Source: a virus (Duplodnaviria > Caudoviricetes). From it: DNA of 64,000 nucleotides. This document shows positions 8,670 through 17,107 of this stretch, piece after piece. The position numbers were made by a program, and so were the translations under genes. The notes below the pieces were generated by a model that did no database searches, was not told where the DNA came from, and saw only the letters and a list, made by a program, of their open reading frames with translations. Each line of letters starts with the position of its first letter. Within the stretch, counting starts at the first letter, position 1. The stretch is from IMG/VR virus record IMGVR_UViG_2773857716_000001, positions 1-64,000 of that record; one strand, written 5' to 3'.

Positions 8670-9719
8670 ATGCCCGTGCACGTCACCCGCCCCACCATCG
8701 ACCATCCCAACCACTGGGCCACGACCGACGACATCTGCGACAACATCACCCAGCACCACCCCGACCACCCCAAACTCGGGACCGTGCTGCGCGTCATCCG
8801 CAACACCGGCGTCCAACGCCGTGCACTCCACCACCCCCTGGAATCCGAGCAGATATCCGGCAGCCTGGGTGTCGCCGACCGCAACCAGCAGGCGTGGGAC
8901 GACGCATCGAGCCTCGCCGAAACCGCCGCCGAGAGGGCCCTCGAGGAAGCCGGCCTCCAGCCGAGCGACATCACCGCGATCGTCACCAGCAACACCACCA
9001 GCTGGGCCGCCCCCGGCCTCGACGTCCACCTCGTCGAGCAGCTGCGCCTGCGCCCCGACGCCCGCCGCATCGCCCTCGCCACCGTCGGCTGTATTGGCGG
9101 CGCCCAGGCCCTCACCCGCGCCGCGGACCTCGTCGCCGCGCACCCGGGCGCCCGCGTCCTTGTCGTCGTGTCCGAGGCCCTGTCCACGATCTACCACCAC
9201 GGGGACACGTCGATGGAGTCGATGATCTACAAGGCGTTGTTCGGAGACGCCGCCTCTGCCTGCATCGTCACCGCCGACCAGCTCCAGCCGGGCATGCGCA
9301 TCGACGACACCTGGGAATATCTCCTCCCCCACTCCCGCGAACGCTACTGGGGCCGCATCGACGAGGCGGGCATTCACTTCGACTCCACCCGCGCCGCGAC
9401 CACCGCACCCACTGACGCCATGCCCGCCCTGCGTGACTGGCTCAAGCAGCACGACGGCCTCGCCCCGGCCTTCGCGGTCATCCACGCCGGCGGACCCGCC
9501 ATCCTCAACGCCGCCCAGAAAGGCCTCGGCCTCACCGCGGCACAGCTCACCCACTCCTGGGCCAGCCTCGCGCAGGTGGGCAACCTCGGCGGCGCCTCCG
9601 TCCTCGACGTGCTGCGCCGCACCCACGACACCCCACCAGCCGACGGGGACCGCGGCGTCACGCTCGCCTACGGGCCAGGGTTCGCCACCACCGCACTCAC
9701 CGGCACCTGGGTCAGCTGA
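8670..9719 (+). CDS. Type III polyketide synthase (RppA/PhlD-like chalcone synthase family)
   Basis: Catalytic triad motifs GCIGG (Cys), HAGG (His), GNLGG (Asn); LFGDAA and YGPGF; N-terminal HPDHP..LRVIRNTGV as in RppA; GGAGG RBS. Confidence 0.93.
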   Translation: MPVHVTRPTIDHPNHWATTDDICDNITQHHPDHPKLGTVLRVIRNTGVQRRALHHPLESEQISGSLGVADRNQQAWDDASSLAETAAERALEEAGLQPSDITAIVTSNTTSWAAPGLDVHLVEQLRLRPDARRIALATVGCIGGAQALTRAADLVAAHPGARVLVVVSEALSTIYHHGDTSMESMIYKALFGDAASACIVTADQLQPGMRIDDTWEYLLPHSRERYWGRIDEAGIHFDSTRAATTAPTDAMPALRDWLKQHDGLAPAFAVIHAGGPAILNAAQKGLGLTAAQLTHSWASLAQVGNLGGASVLDVLRRTHDTPPADGDRGVTLAYGPGFATTALTGTWVS

Positions 9720-9748
9720 CCGCCCCCTTCCGACCGCGCCCTGGTAGG

Positions 9749-9778
9749 GGCAATGAATCCGGCGAACCGCGCCAGCAT
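9749..9778 (+). promoter_or_regulatory. Putative promoter GGCAAT-N18-CAGCAT (leaderless)
   Basis: Matches 2008-2037 in sequence and spacing; ATG at 9785 lies 6 nt downstream. Confidence 0.55.
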
Positions 9779-9784
9779 GGGGAC

Positions 9785-10105
9785 ATGGCCCCTTCCCCTG
9801 AACCCCAGCCCGACCGCATCGTCCTCAACGACGCCACCATCTGGCCCACCATCGCCGAGACACCCCGACGCCAACAGCTCTGCGACTGGCTCACCGCCAA
9901 CGGCATCGACTACCAGAACGTCGCCGTGCCCGACCCGCTGACCGTGGAAACCGTCCCGGACGGCCAGCGCATCATCCGGCACACCGTCTACCTGCTCACC
10001 GATGACGGTTACCGGTACACCGACCCCAACGACCCCAACCAGGCCGCCCGCGAGGAACGCACGGCGCCCCTTCTCGTCGAGCCGCCAGCCGAGGAGCAGC
10101 AGTGA
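9785..10105 (+). CDS. Hypothetical phage protein
   Basis: GC3 bias; ends EQQ*. Confidence 0.7.
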   Translation: MAPSPEPQPDRIVLNDATIWPTIAETPRRQQLCDWLTANGIDYQNVAVPDPLTVETVPDGQRIIRHTVYLLTDDGYRYTDPNDPNQAAREERTAPLLVEPPAEEQQ

Positions 10106-10671
10106 CGCAGCACCACGCGCCCGCCTGGGCGATCGACCTCGTCATAGCCCTCCAGCAGCACGAAGACGAGCACCCCGACAACGGCACCACCTGCCTCATC
10201 GACCCGCTGAACGCCGTCCCCGAAGACGCCCGGAACGCCGCGCAGATCATCGCCGCCTACCGCCAGCAGAGCCCACCACCCGACCTGAAGAAGCAACTCG
10301 ACGAGGCCGAGAACCAGGCCCGCGGATGGGAGCAGAAGTACTTCGAGCTGGGCGAGAAGCGCTCCGAGGCCCTGGCCGCCATCGACCGGGTGCAGAACGT
10401 CTCCACCGCACCTGAGGCCATGGACGCCAACGAGCCTGACCGTGGCAGCTACCTTCGTGGCTACAAGCATGGCGTGCTCGCCGCCAAGTCCGCGCTTCGC
10501 TCCCCGACCGAGCCGTCCGCCACGTCCGCCAATCACCCGTGCACGCACTGCACTCACCCAAAGAGCGCGCACATCGCCGACCCGGTCTGGTGCCGCCACT
10601 GCCCACCCGATACCAGCTACGTCGCCGCCCCGGGCTGGCATCAGTACGATCCAGTCGAGGAGCAACGGTAA
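10102..10671 (+). CDS. Hypothetical protein with coiled coil and CxxCxH motif
   Basis: GTGA-coupled; CTHCTHPKSAH...CRHC. Confidence 0.7.
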   Translation: MTQHHAPAWAIDLVIALQQHEDEHPDNGTTCLIDPLNAVPEDARNAAQIIAAYRQQSPPPDLKKQLDEAENQARGWEQKYFELGEKRSEALAAIDRVQNVSTAPEAMDANEPDRGSYLRGYKHGVLAAKSALRSPTEPSATSANHPCTHCTHPKSAHIADPVWCRHCPPDTSYVAAPGWHQYDPVEEQR

Positions 10672-10805
10672 GCGACCGGGCCAGCAGCATCATCGGCGCG
10701 GTCCTGGGCGTGGCTGTCGGCGGCATCCTCACCGTGTACGGGGTGCGTGTCGCCATCGACTGGGCCATCGCGCGAGCCGTGCAGGCTGGCTGAGACACTG
10801 CCGGG

Positions 10806-11105
10806 GTGCCGGCCCCACCCGAGCCCCACGAGGCCGTCGAAGCCACACCCTGGGCGCCCGGCCAGGGCCCTTCGCCCACCGTGCAGACGTGGCCGCGGAC
10901 GAGCCGGCCCGCGCTCCGCGTCTTCATCCGCGGCCAGTGGCGACGCTGCCCCGTCATCGCCGTGCACCGGTACCGGGACGGCCGGACCGCGGTGCAGGTC
11001 GACGTGCACCTGGACAGTGACACCAGCTATCAGGCCCGCACCTACCGCTGGGACCCCGACGCCATGCGCATCGCCGCCGCTGGGGACCCGCCGCTCGAGC
11101 CGTGA
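10806..11105 (+). CDS. Hypothetical protein
   Basis: GC3 bias; beta-rich small domain. Confidence 0.6.
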   Translation: MPAPPEPHEAVEATPWAPGQGPSPTVQTWPRTSRPALRVFIRGQWRRCPVIAVHRYRDGRTAVQVDVHLDSDTSYQARTYRWDPDAMRIAAAGDPPLEP

Positions 11106-11192
11106 ACGTGGGGCGCCACACCGTCCGAGGAAGAAAGCGCCGCGGCACGACGAAGCCCCACCCAGTTCGGGCGGTGCGTCTCGGTACGTGGA

Positions 11193-12425
11193 TCAATCCG
11201 ACGGCTCCCTGCCAGGGTGGTGGTTTGAGCGATGCGGCAACCCGAGAGCCCTCTTCCAGTTCTCCACCGTCCCCAGGCTCACCCCCAGCTCCGCGGCGAT
11301 CTGCGTCGCCGTGAAACTGGGACTGGCCCACAGTTCCCGAAGCTGGCGCTCCACTTCGGGGTCAGAGATCTGAGGGCGAGCAGCATACGGGCGCCTGGGC
11401 TGCGTAAGCAGGCCCCGCTTCCGCGCCGCCACGCGCTCACGAACTTCGCGCCGCATGCGCTCAAGACACTCACGTCGAGCCTCATCCAGCCTCGCCCTAA
11501 ACTCAGGGTCAGCTCTCAATCTCTTCAGGCGACCAAGGGGTAACCCGCATCGCCTGGCAGCCTCGGCGAACGCCACGGGCTCCTGCTCGAAGATCTCCAC
11601 CAGCTGGGCGACGAAGCTCTCGTCTGTGCGCGCCGCCGCGTCGCCGCCTGTCCGACGGCTCGGGAGATCGAGCTTCCTGCGCCACCTGCTGATGGTCTGC
11701 GGGTGGACGCTGAACCGTTCTGCGATCTCGGAGATCGGGACTGAGGGGTCAGACCATGCGGCACGCAGGCTAGCCACCTCCTCTGCCGTCAGCTGCGAGA
11801 GCGGGGTCTGGTCCTGCCATCGCGCCGCGATGAACGCCGCATTCAGGTCCGGATGTTCCCGCCGCCATTTGTCGACCTTGAAGCGGCTAACGTCCGGGCC
11901 TGCCGCCTCCAGAGCATCCGGGATGGAACACCCCTGCTTCAGCAGCGCAGTGAAGCGATCCGGGGGAGACATGGAAGCGAGCTTGAAATGCCGCTCCAGA
12001 GCCACGAATGACGGGCAGTGCCGCCACTCGGAGGGCCCTGCGGGTGCCTGCTCAGGGCTGGCGGACCCCTTGAGCGCGAGAAGGTATGCGCACGCCGCCT
12101 CCACGGCCTCGATCAAGTCGCCGCCGCCGTCCGGGGTGTCTTCGTGGCGGGCGATGGCGGCAGCGAGACGCGGATGTCCAGGCGCCGAGGCCCGCACCCG
12201 CTTCGGCGGCACCCCGACTGAACGCGACGCCTCGGGCAGGGTCATCCCCAGGTCCATCTGCTCCGCGACACGGTCGAGCAGGGCGGATGGCGGGGCGTTC
12301 TTGCGGCGGCGCGCCTCCTTGGTCTCGTCGTTGTGCGCCCGCCGGCAGTCAACGCACCGCCCGCCGAGCCGCCAACCGTAAGGGGTCCCGCAGTGCTTCG
12401 TAGGCGCCTCGCACGACCCCGCCAC
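11193..12425 (-). CDS. Multi-HTH DNA-binding protein with N-terminal zinc finger
   Basis: HCGTPYGW...RCVDCR motif and several HTH repeats (ISEIAERFSVHPQTISRW, ATQIAAELGVSLGTVENW); GTG overlaps the upstream TAG. Confidence 0.75.
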   Translation of the reverse strand: MAGSCEAPTKHCGTPYGWRLGGRCVDCRRAHNDETKEARRRKNAPPSALLDRVAEQMDLGMTLPEASRSVGVPPKRVRASAPGHPRLAAAIARHEDTPDGGGDLIEAVEAACAYLLALKGSASPEQAPAGPSEWRHCPSFVALERHFKLASMSPPDRFTALLKQGCSIPDALEAAGPDVSRFKVDKWRREHPDLNAAFIAARWQDQTPLSQLTAEEVASLRAAWSDPSVPISEIAERFSVHPQTISRWRRKLDLPSRRTGGDAAARTDESFVAQLVEIFEQEPVAFAEAARRCGLPLGRLKRLRADPEFRARLDEARRECLERMRREVRERVAARKRGLLTQPRRPYAARPQISDPEVERQLRELWASPSFTATQIAAELGVSLGTVENWKRALGLPHRSNHHPGREPSD

Positions 12426-12895
12426 TAGACGGCTCCGTTGCGCAGTTCTCGTCCGCGCGCCGCCTGTGGCGCCGAGCCGGACGCCACTTCCACGTCGGAC
12501 GCGTAGGCGATGCGCAGCGCCGGCACCTCCTGGGCGACGCGGGCCACCACCGCCCGGTGCCACGCCGCGGGAAACGGGACCTCCGGATGCGCGGCGTGGT
12601 ACTCCTCATCCGTCCGGTAGGTCACTGCCCCCGGTTCCGGCGTGTCCATCAACTGGTCGACGATGCCGCCCACGAACTCGCCGGTGCGCCGCTCCAGATC
12701 CTCCACCTCAAGTCGGACGCCGTCGGGGATGGCGTACTTGCCAGCCTCCCAGTGCCGCACGGTGCGGGCGGACACGCCCAGGTGCTGTCCGAGCCACTCC
12801 GGGGTGACGTTCAGGTACTCGCGGACCACGCGCAGTTCGGCGTCCGTCATCCGCTCGTCCTCCGGCATGCCGGGCGGGTCGGTGTAGTCGGTCAT
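12425..12895 (-). CDS. DUF1870 / Aca2-YdiL-like HTH regulator
   Basis: MTDAELRVVREYLNVTPEWLGQHLGVSARTVRHWEAGKYAIP plus C-terminal TYRTDEEY...WHRAVVARV, resembling DUF1870/Aca2. Confidence 0.7.
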   Translation of the reverse strand: MTDYTDPPGMPEDERMTDAELRVVREYLNVTPEWLGQHLGVSARTVRHWEAGKYAIPDGVRLEVEDLERRTGEFVGGIVDQLMDTPEPGAVTYRTDEEYHAAHPEVPFPAAWHRAVVARVAQEVPALRIAYASDVEVASGSAPQAARGRELRNGAV

Positions 12896-12951
12896 TGGGT
12901 CCTCCATGCGAAGGCGGCCCCAGGGGGCACCTGGGGCCGCGGGCGGTTCGG

Positions 12952-13257
12952 TCAGTTGGTGGCGCGGGAGACGGTGACGACGCCGCCCGTGGGGACGGGC
13001 TCCCAGTCGCCTTCAACGGTCCAGCCGGCAGCCTCCAGGAGGCTCTGCGCTTCCTTCTCGGCGCGGCCGGTACTGCTGTCAGCGGCGGGAACTCCGGTCA
13101 CCGCGTGGAACAGCGGGTCGCCCTGGGAGGACCAAGCGCCGTCGTTCGCAGGGTTGTCGCCGATGAGTTCGTCCTCCAGGACGGTGACGTCGATGTTGGG
13201 CTGGTCCAGGCAGGAGGCGTCGGTGGTGAGCCAGGCGGTGAAGTGAGTGGTGGTCAT
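12952..13257 (-). CDS. Small acidic hypothetical protein (candidate anti-defence protein)
   Basis: GGAAGGA RBS, about 101 aa, D/E-rich, immediately upstream of the Aca2-like gene. Confidence 0.7.
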   Translation of the reverse strand: MTTTHFTAWLTTDASCLDQPNIDVTVLEDELIGDNPANDGAWSSQGDPLFHAVTGVPAADSSTGRAEKEAQSLLEAAGWTVEGDWEPVPTGGVVTVSRATN

Positions 13258-13318
13258 GTCCGGGTCCTTCCGGTTGCGGCCTGGGGCTTCTCCCCGGGCC
13301 GGGATTGGTGAGAGGGGT

Positions 13319-13849
13319 TCAGAGGGCGGCGATGGCGGTGCGGATGCCGGCGACCGTGCGGGCGACGAGGTTGATGGTGTCGCGCTCGCCGTTGAGGTAG
13401 CGGATCTCGAACTCATCGGCGCCGCGGTGCTGGGCGTAGAGCTGACCGTCGGCCGCGTCGAAGTAGATCTTGTCGATGGCGCCAAGCAGCTGACCGGCGC
13501 GGTTGTTGGCGATGCCGCGGCCGCCGAGGGATGCGGAGGAGATGCTGCCGGAGCCGTAGCGCTCGACCTCGATGCCCGCGAACTGGGCCCAGTCGTTGAG
13601 GTAGACGCGGTCCATGGTGCCGCGCTGCCAGCGGTTGCCGCCGATAGCGGTCATCGTCTCGATGGTGAAGGCGACGGCCTTCTTTGCGGGACGCTTGAGG
13701 GCACCGATGGTGATGCGGTGGGCGAGGGAGGCGGTGTCGATGATCCAGCGGCCGGCCTGCTTGGTGGCGGCGACGACGCCCTTGCGGCACCAGGTGCGGA
13801 TGGTGGCGACGGTGACGTGGGCTTCAAGTGCGGCGGCGGTGGTGTTCAT
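13319..13849 (-). CDS. Protein with N-terminal HTH_17/MerR-like domain and unknown C-terminal domain
   Basis: TTAAALEAHVTVATIRTWCRKGVV...GRWII; RVYLND motif. Confidence 0.8.
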   Translation of the reverse strand: MNTTAAALEAHVTVATIRTWCRKGVVAATKQAGRWIIDTASLAHRITIGALKRPAKKAVAFTIETMTAIGGNRWQRGTMDRVYLNDWAQFAGIEVERYGSGSISSASLGGRGIANNRAGQLLGAIDKIYFDAADGQLYAQHRGADEFEIRYLNGERDTINLVARTVAGIRTAIAAL

Positions 13850-13902
13850 CGACCGGTTCCTTCCGGCGGGGTCTGGGGCTTTCCCCTGACCTCATAACGA
13901 CA

Positions 13903-13931
13903 ACTTTAGCTTCCAGATCTGGAAGCCGCAA
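13903..13931 (-). promoter_or_regulatory. Housekeeping-type promoter with a perfect palindromic operator in the spacer
   Basis: TTGCGG-N17-TAAAGT; GCTTCCAGATCTGGAAGC at 13909-13926 is a perfect 18-bp palindrome. Confidence 0.75.
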
Positions 13932-13984
13932 GGGGTGGTGGCGAATCAGATTTGCACCACCTGCAAAACCCCAGCCCAGACGCA

Positions 13985-14021
13985 CGAAAGAGCCCCACCG
14001 CCCGAAGGCAGTGGGGCTCTC
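13985..14021 (-). terminator. Intrinsic terminator
   Basis: AGAGCCCCAC...GTGGGGCTCT stem followed by TTCG on the minus strand, after the NERD gene. Confidence 0.65.
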
Positions 14022-14038
14022 GAGGGTGGCCCCCTCGG

Positions 14039-14665
14039 TTACGTGTACGACGGTAGCCGGATCGCCGCCAACCTGGCCAGGAGTTCCGCCCCGGCCGGAT
14101 CCGCCGGTCCGACGTTGGCCCGCAGCAGCTCCAGCAGCCGGTCCGCGGGAAACAGGGCGACGCCGCGCACGCGGAACCCTGCGCCGTCTACCGGGGCGTT
14201 GTGCACCACGATCAGCGGCGTCACCGGCACACCACCCAGCGCCTTCGACACCTCCCTCGTCTCCCACAGCGCCGTATCGACCTGCCGGTCCCGGTCGGCG
14301 CCGCCGTGCATCAGCCGGCCACCGACGAGGCGCACCACCCGCGGCTGACCTTCTTCGTCCCGCGCAGCCCACAGCTTCGAGTCCAGCGTGAACACCTGCC
14401 CGTCCCGCCCGACCAGCACGTGGTCGACGTTCGCCGACCGCCCCACGCGCCGGTCCGGCAGCACATGCCAGCCCTCGCGCAGCAGCGGTTGGAGCATGGC
14501 GTGGGTGCGCTTCTCCCCGACCGAGCCCGCTGCGCAGCGCTCCCTGTGGCGGCGCTTGCGGCCCATCTCCGGCGTCTCCACACCCACCGCGGCCACCAGG
14601 TGCTGCCACCACCGCAGACGCCCCTGCTCGCGGCCCCACGCGGCCGCAGACTGTCCCGCGATCAC
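14039..14665 (-). CDS. NERD-domain (PD-D/ExK) nuclease
   Basis: GSVGEKRT...ANVDHVLVGRDGQVFTLDSKLW. Confidence 0.85.
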   Translation of the reverse strand: MIAGQSAAAWGREQGRLRWWQHLVAAVGVETPEMGRKRRHRERCAAGSVGEKRTHAMLQPLLREGWHVLPDRRVGRSANVDHVLVGRDGQVFTLDSKLWAARDEEGQPRVVRLVGGRLMHGGADRDRQVDTALWETREVSKALGGVPVTPLIVVHNAPVDGAGFRVRGVALFPADRLLELLRANVGPADPAGAELLARLAAIRLPSYT

Positions 14666-15126
14666 CGCCTACCTCCCGCAGCAACGACGCCCGCGGCGAT
14701 GGCGATCCAGCCCTTATGCCACGCCTGGTCGATCCGGTAGCCGGCCTGTGGGTCCCGGGTGAGCCAGCCGCCCTTCCTCGCCCGGTGCGCGGCGCGGACC
14801 ATCCGCGTCGTCGGCTGCTTCTCGGGGTCTTCGGCCCAGCGTCCGCCGGAGCGATCCGCGGCGTAGTGCGTGACGGCGGAGACGAGGAGCCCGGCCGTGG
14901 CGTAGCGCCAGTTGAGGCGCAGCCCCAGGCCGCGGTCCGCGGCCACGAGTGCGAGGGCCTGCGTGGCGGTGTACGAGGCGACGTGGCGCAGGCACGCGAC
15001 GCGGCCCTTGGCGCCCTCCTTCCCTTTGTCGACGGCATCCTCATCGACCTGCACGATGTGGTCGGCGACCTCATGCGCGGCCGTCAGGGCGGCGTACGCG
15101 GCGGAGAACTGTACGGCGCGATTCAC
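14662..15126 (-). CDS. Membrane protein (DUF3307-like)
   Basis: HEVADHIVQ, HVASY, THYAADR, DQAWH motifs with TM segments. Confidence 0.7.
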   Translation of the reverse strand: MNRAVQFSAAYAALTAAHEVADHIVQVDEDAVDKGKEGAKGRVACLRHVASYTATQALALVAADRGLGLRLNWRYATAGLLVSAVTHYAADRSGGRWAEDPEKQPTTRMVRAAHRARKGGWLTRDPQAGYRIDQAWHKGWIAIAAGVVAAGGRR

Positions 15127-15320
15127 CGGTGGTCCTCCGGTCGGTCCATGGAGTACGTGGCGAGGAGAGTCAGACCTGCCGCGGCGGCGAGCACCACGAC
15201 GAAGGCGATCGGGAACGGCAGCTGGTCACCGATGAGGTAGGCGCCGGTCATGACGATTGCGGCTATCACGACCGCGACGACAAGCTCGGCGCGCTCGTGG
15301 CGGCGCGTGGTTTCAGGCAT
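15123..15320 (-). CDS. Small membrane protein
   Basis: Two hydrophobic helices; coupled to the next gene. Confidence 0.65.
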   Translation of the reverse strand: MPETTRRHERAELVVAVVIAAIVMTGAYLIGDQLPFPIAFVVVLAAAAGLTLLATYSMDRPEDHR

Positions 15321-15433
15321 GGCGATTAGACCCCTTCCAGGGCTGGTGTGACTGTGAGTGGTGACGGGCGGGACGCTTTGGGTCTCCGCCCGGTGATGGT
15401 GTCTAAGATGTCCGGTTCATCGCGGCGAACTGG

Positions 15434-15781
15434 TCACGCTGCGTGGACCGACATCCGGCCCGGCAGCATCTGCACGCCAGCAACATCCTTCGGCTCAATC
15501 AGCCCCCGGATCAGGGCGATTGCCACAGCGTGGGTGCGGTCCCGGGCTCCGAGCTTCAGGTACGACTTGCGCAGCGTCCCGTTGACGGTGTCCTTCGTGA
15601 TGCCCAGGTGCCGGGCGATCATCTCGTTGGTGTTGCCGTTCGCGGCGAGGCGCAGAAGCTCCAGCTCACGACGGGTTATCGGGAAACGGGAGTCGAGAGG
15701 CCGGTGACGGCATCCCCTGGCCTTGTGGGGTGCGGGCCCGCCGCTGGTCGGCGACGGACCCACCTGCACAGGAACAGTCAC
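15434..15781 (-). CDS. LuxR-type HTH transcriptional regulator
   Basis: ITRRELELLRLAANGNTNEMIARHLGITKDTV...KLGARDRTHAV. Confidence 0.88.
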   Translation of the reverse strand: MTVPVQVGPSPTSGGPAPHKARGCRHRPLDSRFPITRRELELLRLAANGNTNEMIARHLGITKDTVNGTLRKSYLKLGARDRTHAVAIALIRGLIEPKDVAGVQMLPGRMSVHAA

Positions 15782-16116
15782 ACGGTCCTCCCCGACCGGC
15801 GGTCCAAGTCCAGCACCCACGCGGCAATCACCGCGGCACACTGCACCAGTTCCTCACGCAACTTCTCCGGGTCGCTCTCCGCGAACGCTTCCTGGACCTC
15901 CTCGTTCAGGATGTCCCGCCACGTGACCTCTCCCAGATCGGCCATGGCCTGGCAGGCGTGCCGGGCTCGGTTGGCCCGCTCCTCGTCACCAGTGATGGCC
16001 GTCCCGTTGGGGTGCGCCTGCTCTCCCCACTTGGCGAGCTGTCGCTGACGCTCGGCGTCAACGTCCTCGGCAAGAACCTTTACTCCAGGGCTTGCGAACA
16101 TCGTGATCCGTGACAT
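15778..16116 (-). CDS. MazG-like nucleotide pyrophosphohydrolase-fold protein
   Basis: ERQRQLAKWG, ILNEEVQEA...LREELVQCAAV (EExxE...ExxQ all-alpha NTP-PPase pattern). Confidence 0.7.
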   Translation of the reverse strand: MSRITMFASPGVKVLAEDVDAERQRQLAKWGEQAHPNGTAITGDEERANRARHACQAMADLGEVTWRDILNEEVQEAFAESDPEKLREELVQCAAVIAAWVLDLDRRSGRTV

Positions 16117-16118
16117 GG

Positions 16119-16583
16119 TCAGTTCTCCTCGGTGTAGTTGCGGCTGGTGTCGCAGGTGGTGGTGTTGCGGCGGTACGGGAGGCGGCCGGACGGCAGGGGC
16201 GCCACCCGGGCCGGCATGACGAGCGGTGTCGGGGCCGGGGCAGCAGCGGTGTCGACCGCCCACAGGCGCACCCACACCCCGCCACGGCGCCACGAGCAGG
16301 CGACGACACCGGGCTCCGAGTAGTCGACCTGCGGTCGCAGCTCGGCCGACGCGGTCACCGGCTCGAGGCCGTTCGCGAACTCGCACATGGCTTGCTCAGC
16401 GTGCGGGCCGGTCACGCGGGCCGTGACCATCGGCGAACCATCAGCGGCCATCTCCGTCGACCAGGGTGCGAGCAACGCCCCGTACTTCTTGCACGGGCCC
16501 GCGAACTTCCAGGCGTCGGCGGCCTGGCGCTGCACCTCGGCGGTAGTCGGCTGCAACGTCTTGGGCAGGGTGGGCAGAGGCAT
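16119..16583 (-). CDS. Hypothetical protein
   Basis: GAGGAG RBS; operon position. Confidence 0.6.
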   Translation of the reverse strand: MPLPTLPKTLQPTTAEVQRQAADAWKFAGPCKKYGALLAPWSTEMAADGSPMVTARVTGPHAEQAMCEFANGLEPVTASAELRPQVDYSEPGVVACSWRRGGVWVRLWAVDTAAAPAPTPLVMPARVAPLPSGRLPYRRNTTTCDTSRNYTEEN

Positions 16584-16596
16584 CGGGTCTCCTCGG

Positions 16597-17004
16597 TCAG
16601 GCGGCGGTCTGGTGGGTGCGGGCGGTGCGGGCGCGGACGCGGGGGTGGAGAGCGTCGCGGCTGGCGGGGTCGAACCCGATGGCGATGGCCAGCGCCCGGT
16701 AGTGGTCTTCCTGCTGCTCGGCGGTCCACGGGCCGCGGGGAGCCGTCCAGTCCTGCACGCGGCCGGTCGGCACGTCCTCGGCGGGAGCGGGGCAGGCGCG
16801 CAGTGCGGTCAGCTCGGCCTGCGTTTTGCGGGCCTTGTCGACGCGGCGCTGGCAGGCCTGCCGGGCACTGCACACGTGCACCTCCGGGCCGCCGATCCCG
16901 TCGGTGGGCACGGCAATGAAGTAGCGGTCGCCGATACGTCCGCACTGGGAGCAGCGCTTCAGGTTGAGGTCGAGGGTGGTTGCGTCGGGAAGGGTGACGA
17001 GCAC
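16597..17004 (-). CDS. Hypothetical protein with CxxC motif
   Basis: AGGAGG RBS before GTG; CSQC...CSARQAC. Confidence 0.55.
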   Translation of the reverse strand: MLVTLPDATTLDLNLKRCSQCGRIGDRYFIAVPTDGIGGPEVHVCSARQACQRRVDKARKTQAELTALRACPAPAEDVPTGRVQDWTAPRGPWTAEQQEDHYRALAIAIGFDPASRDALHPRVRARTARTHQTAA

Positions 17005-17107
17005 GACGGGCCTCCTGGGCGGTGTCGGCGGGGCCGGAAGAGGGCCGCCCCGCGCTGGGGGCTTGGGGCGGCCGTGGAGCCCAGGGGGACGGGCTCCGGA
17101 CTGTGGG

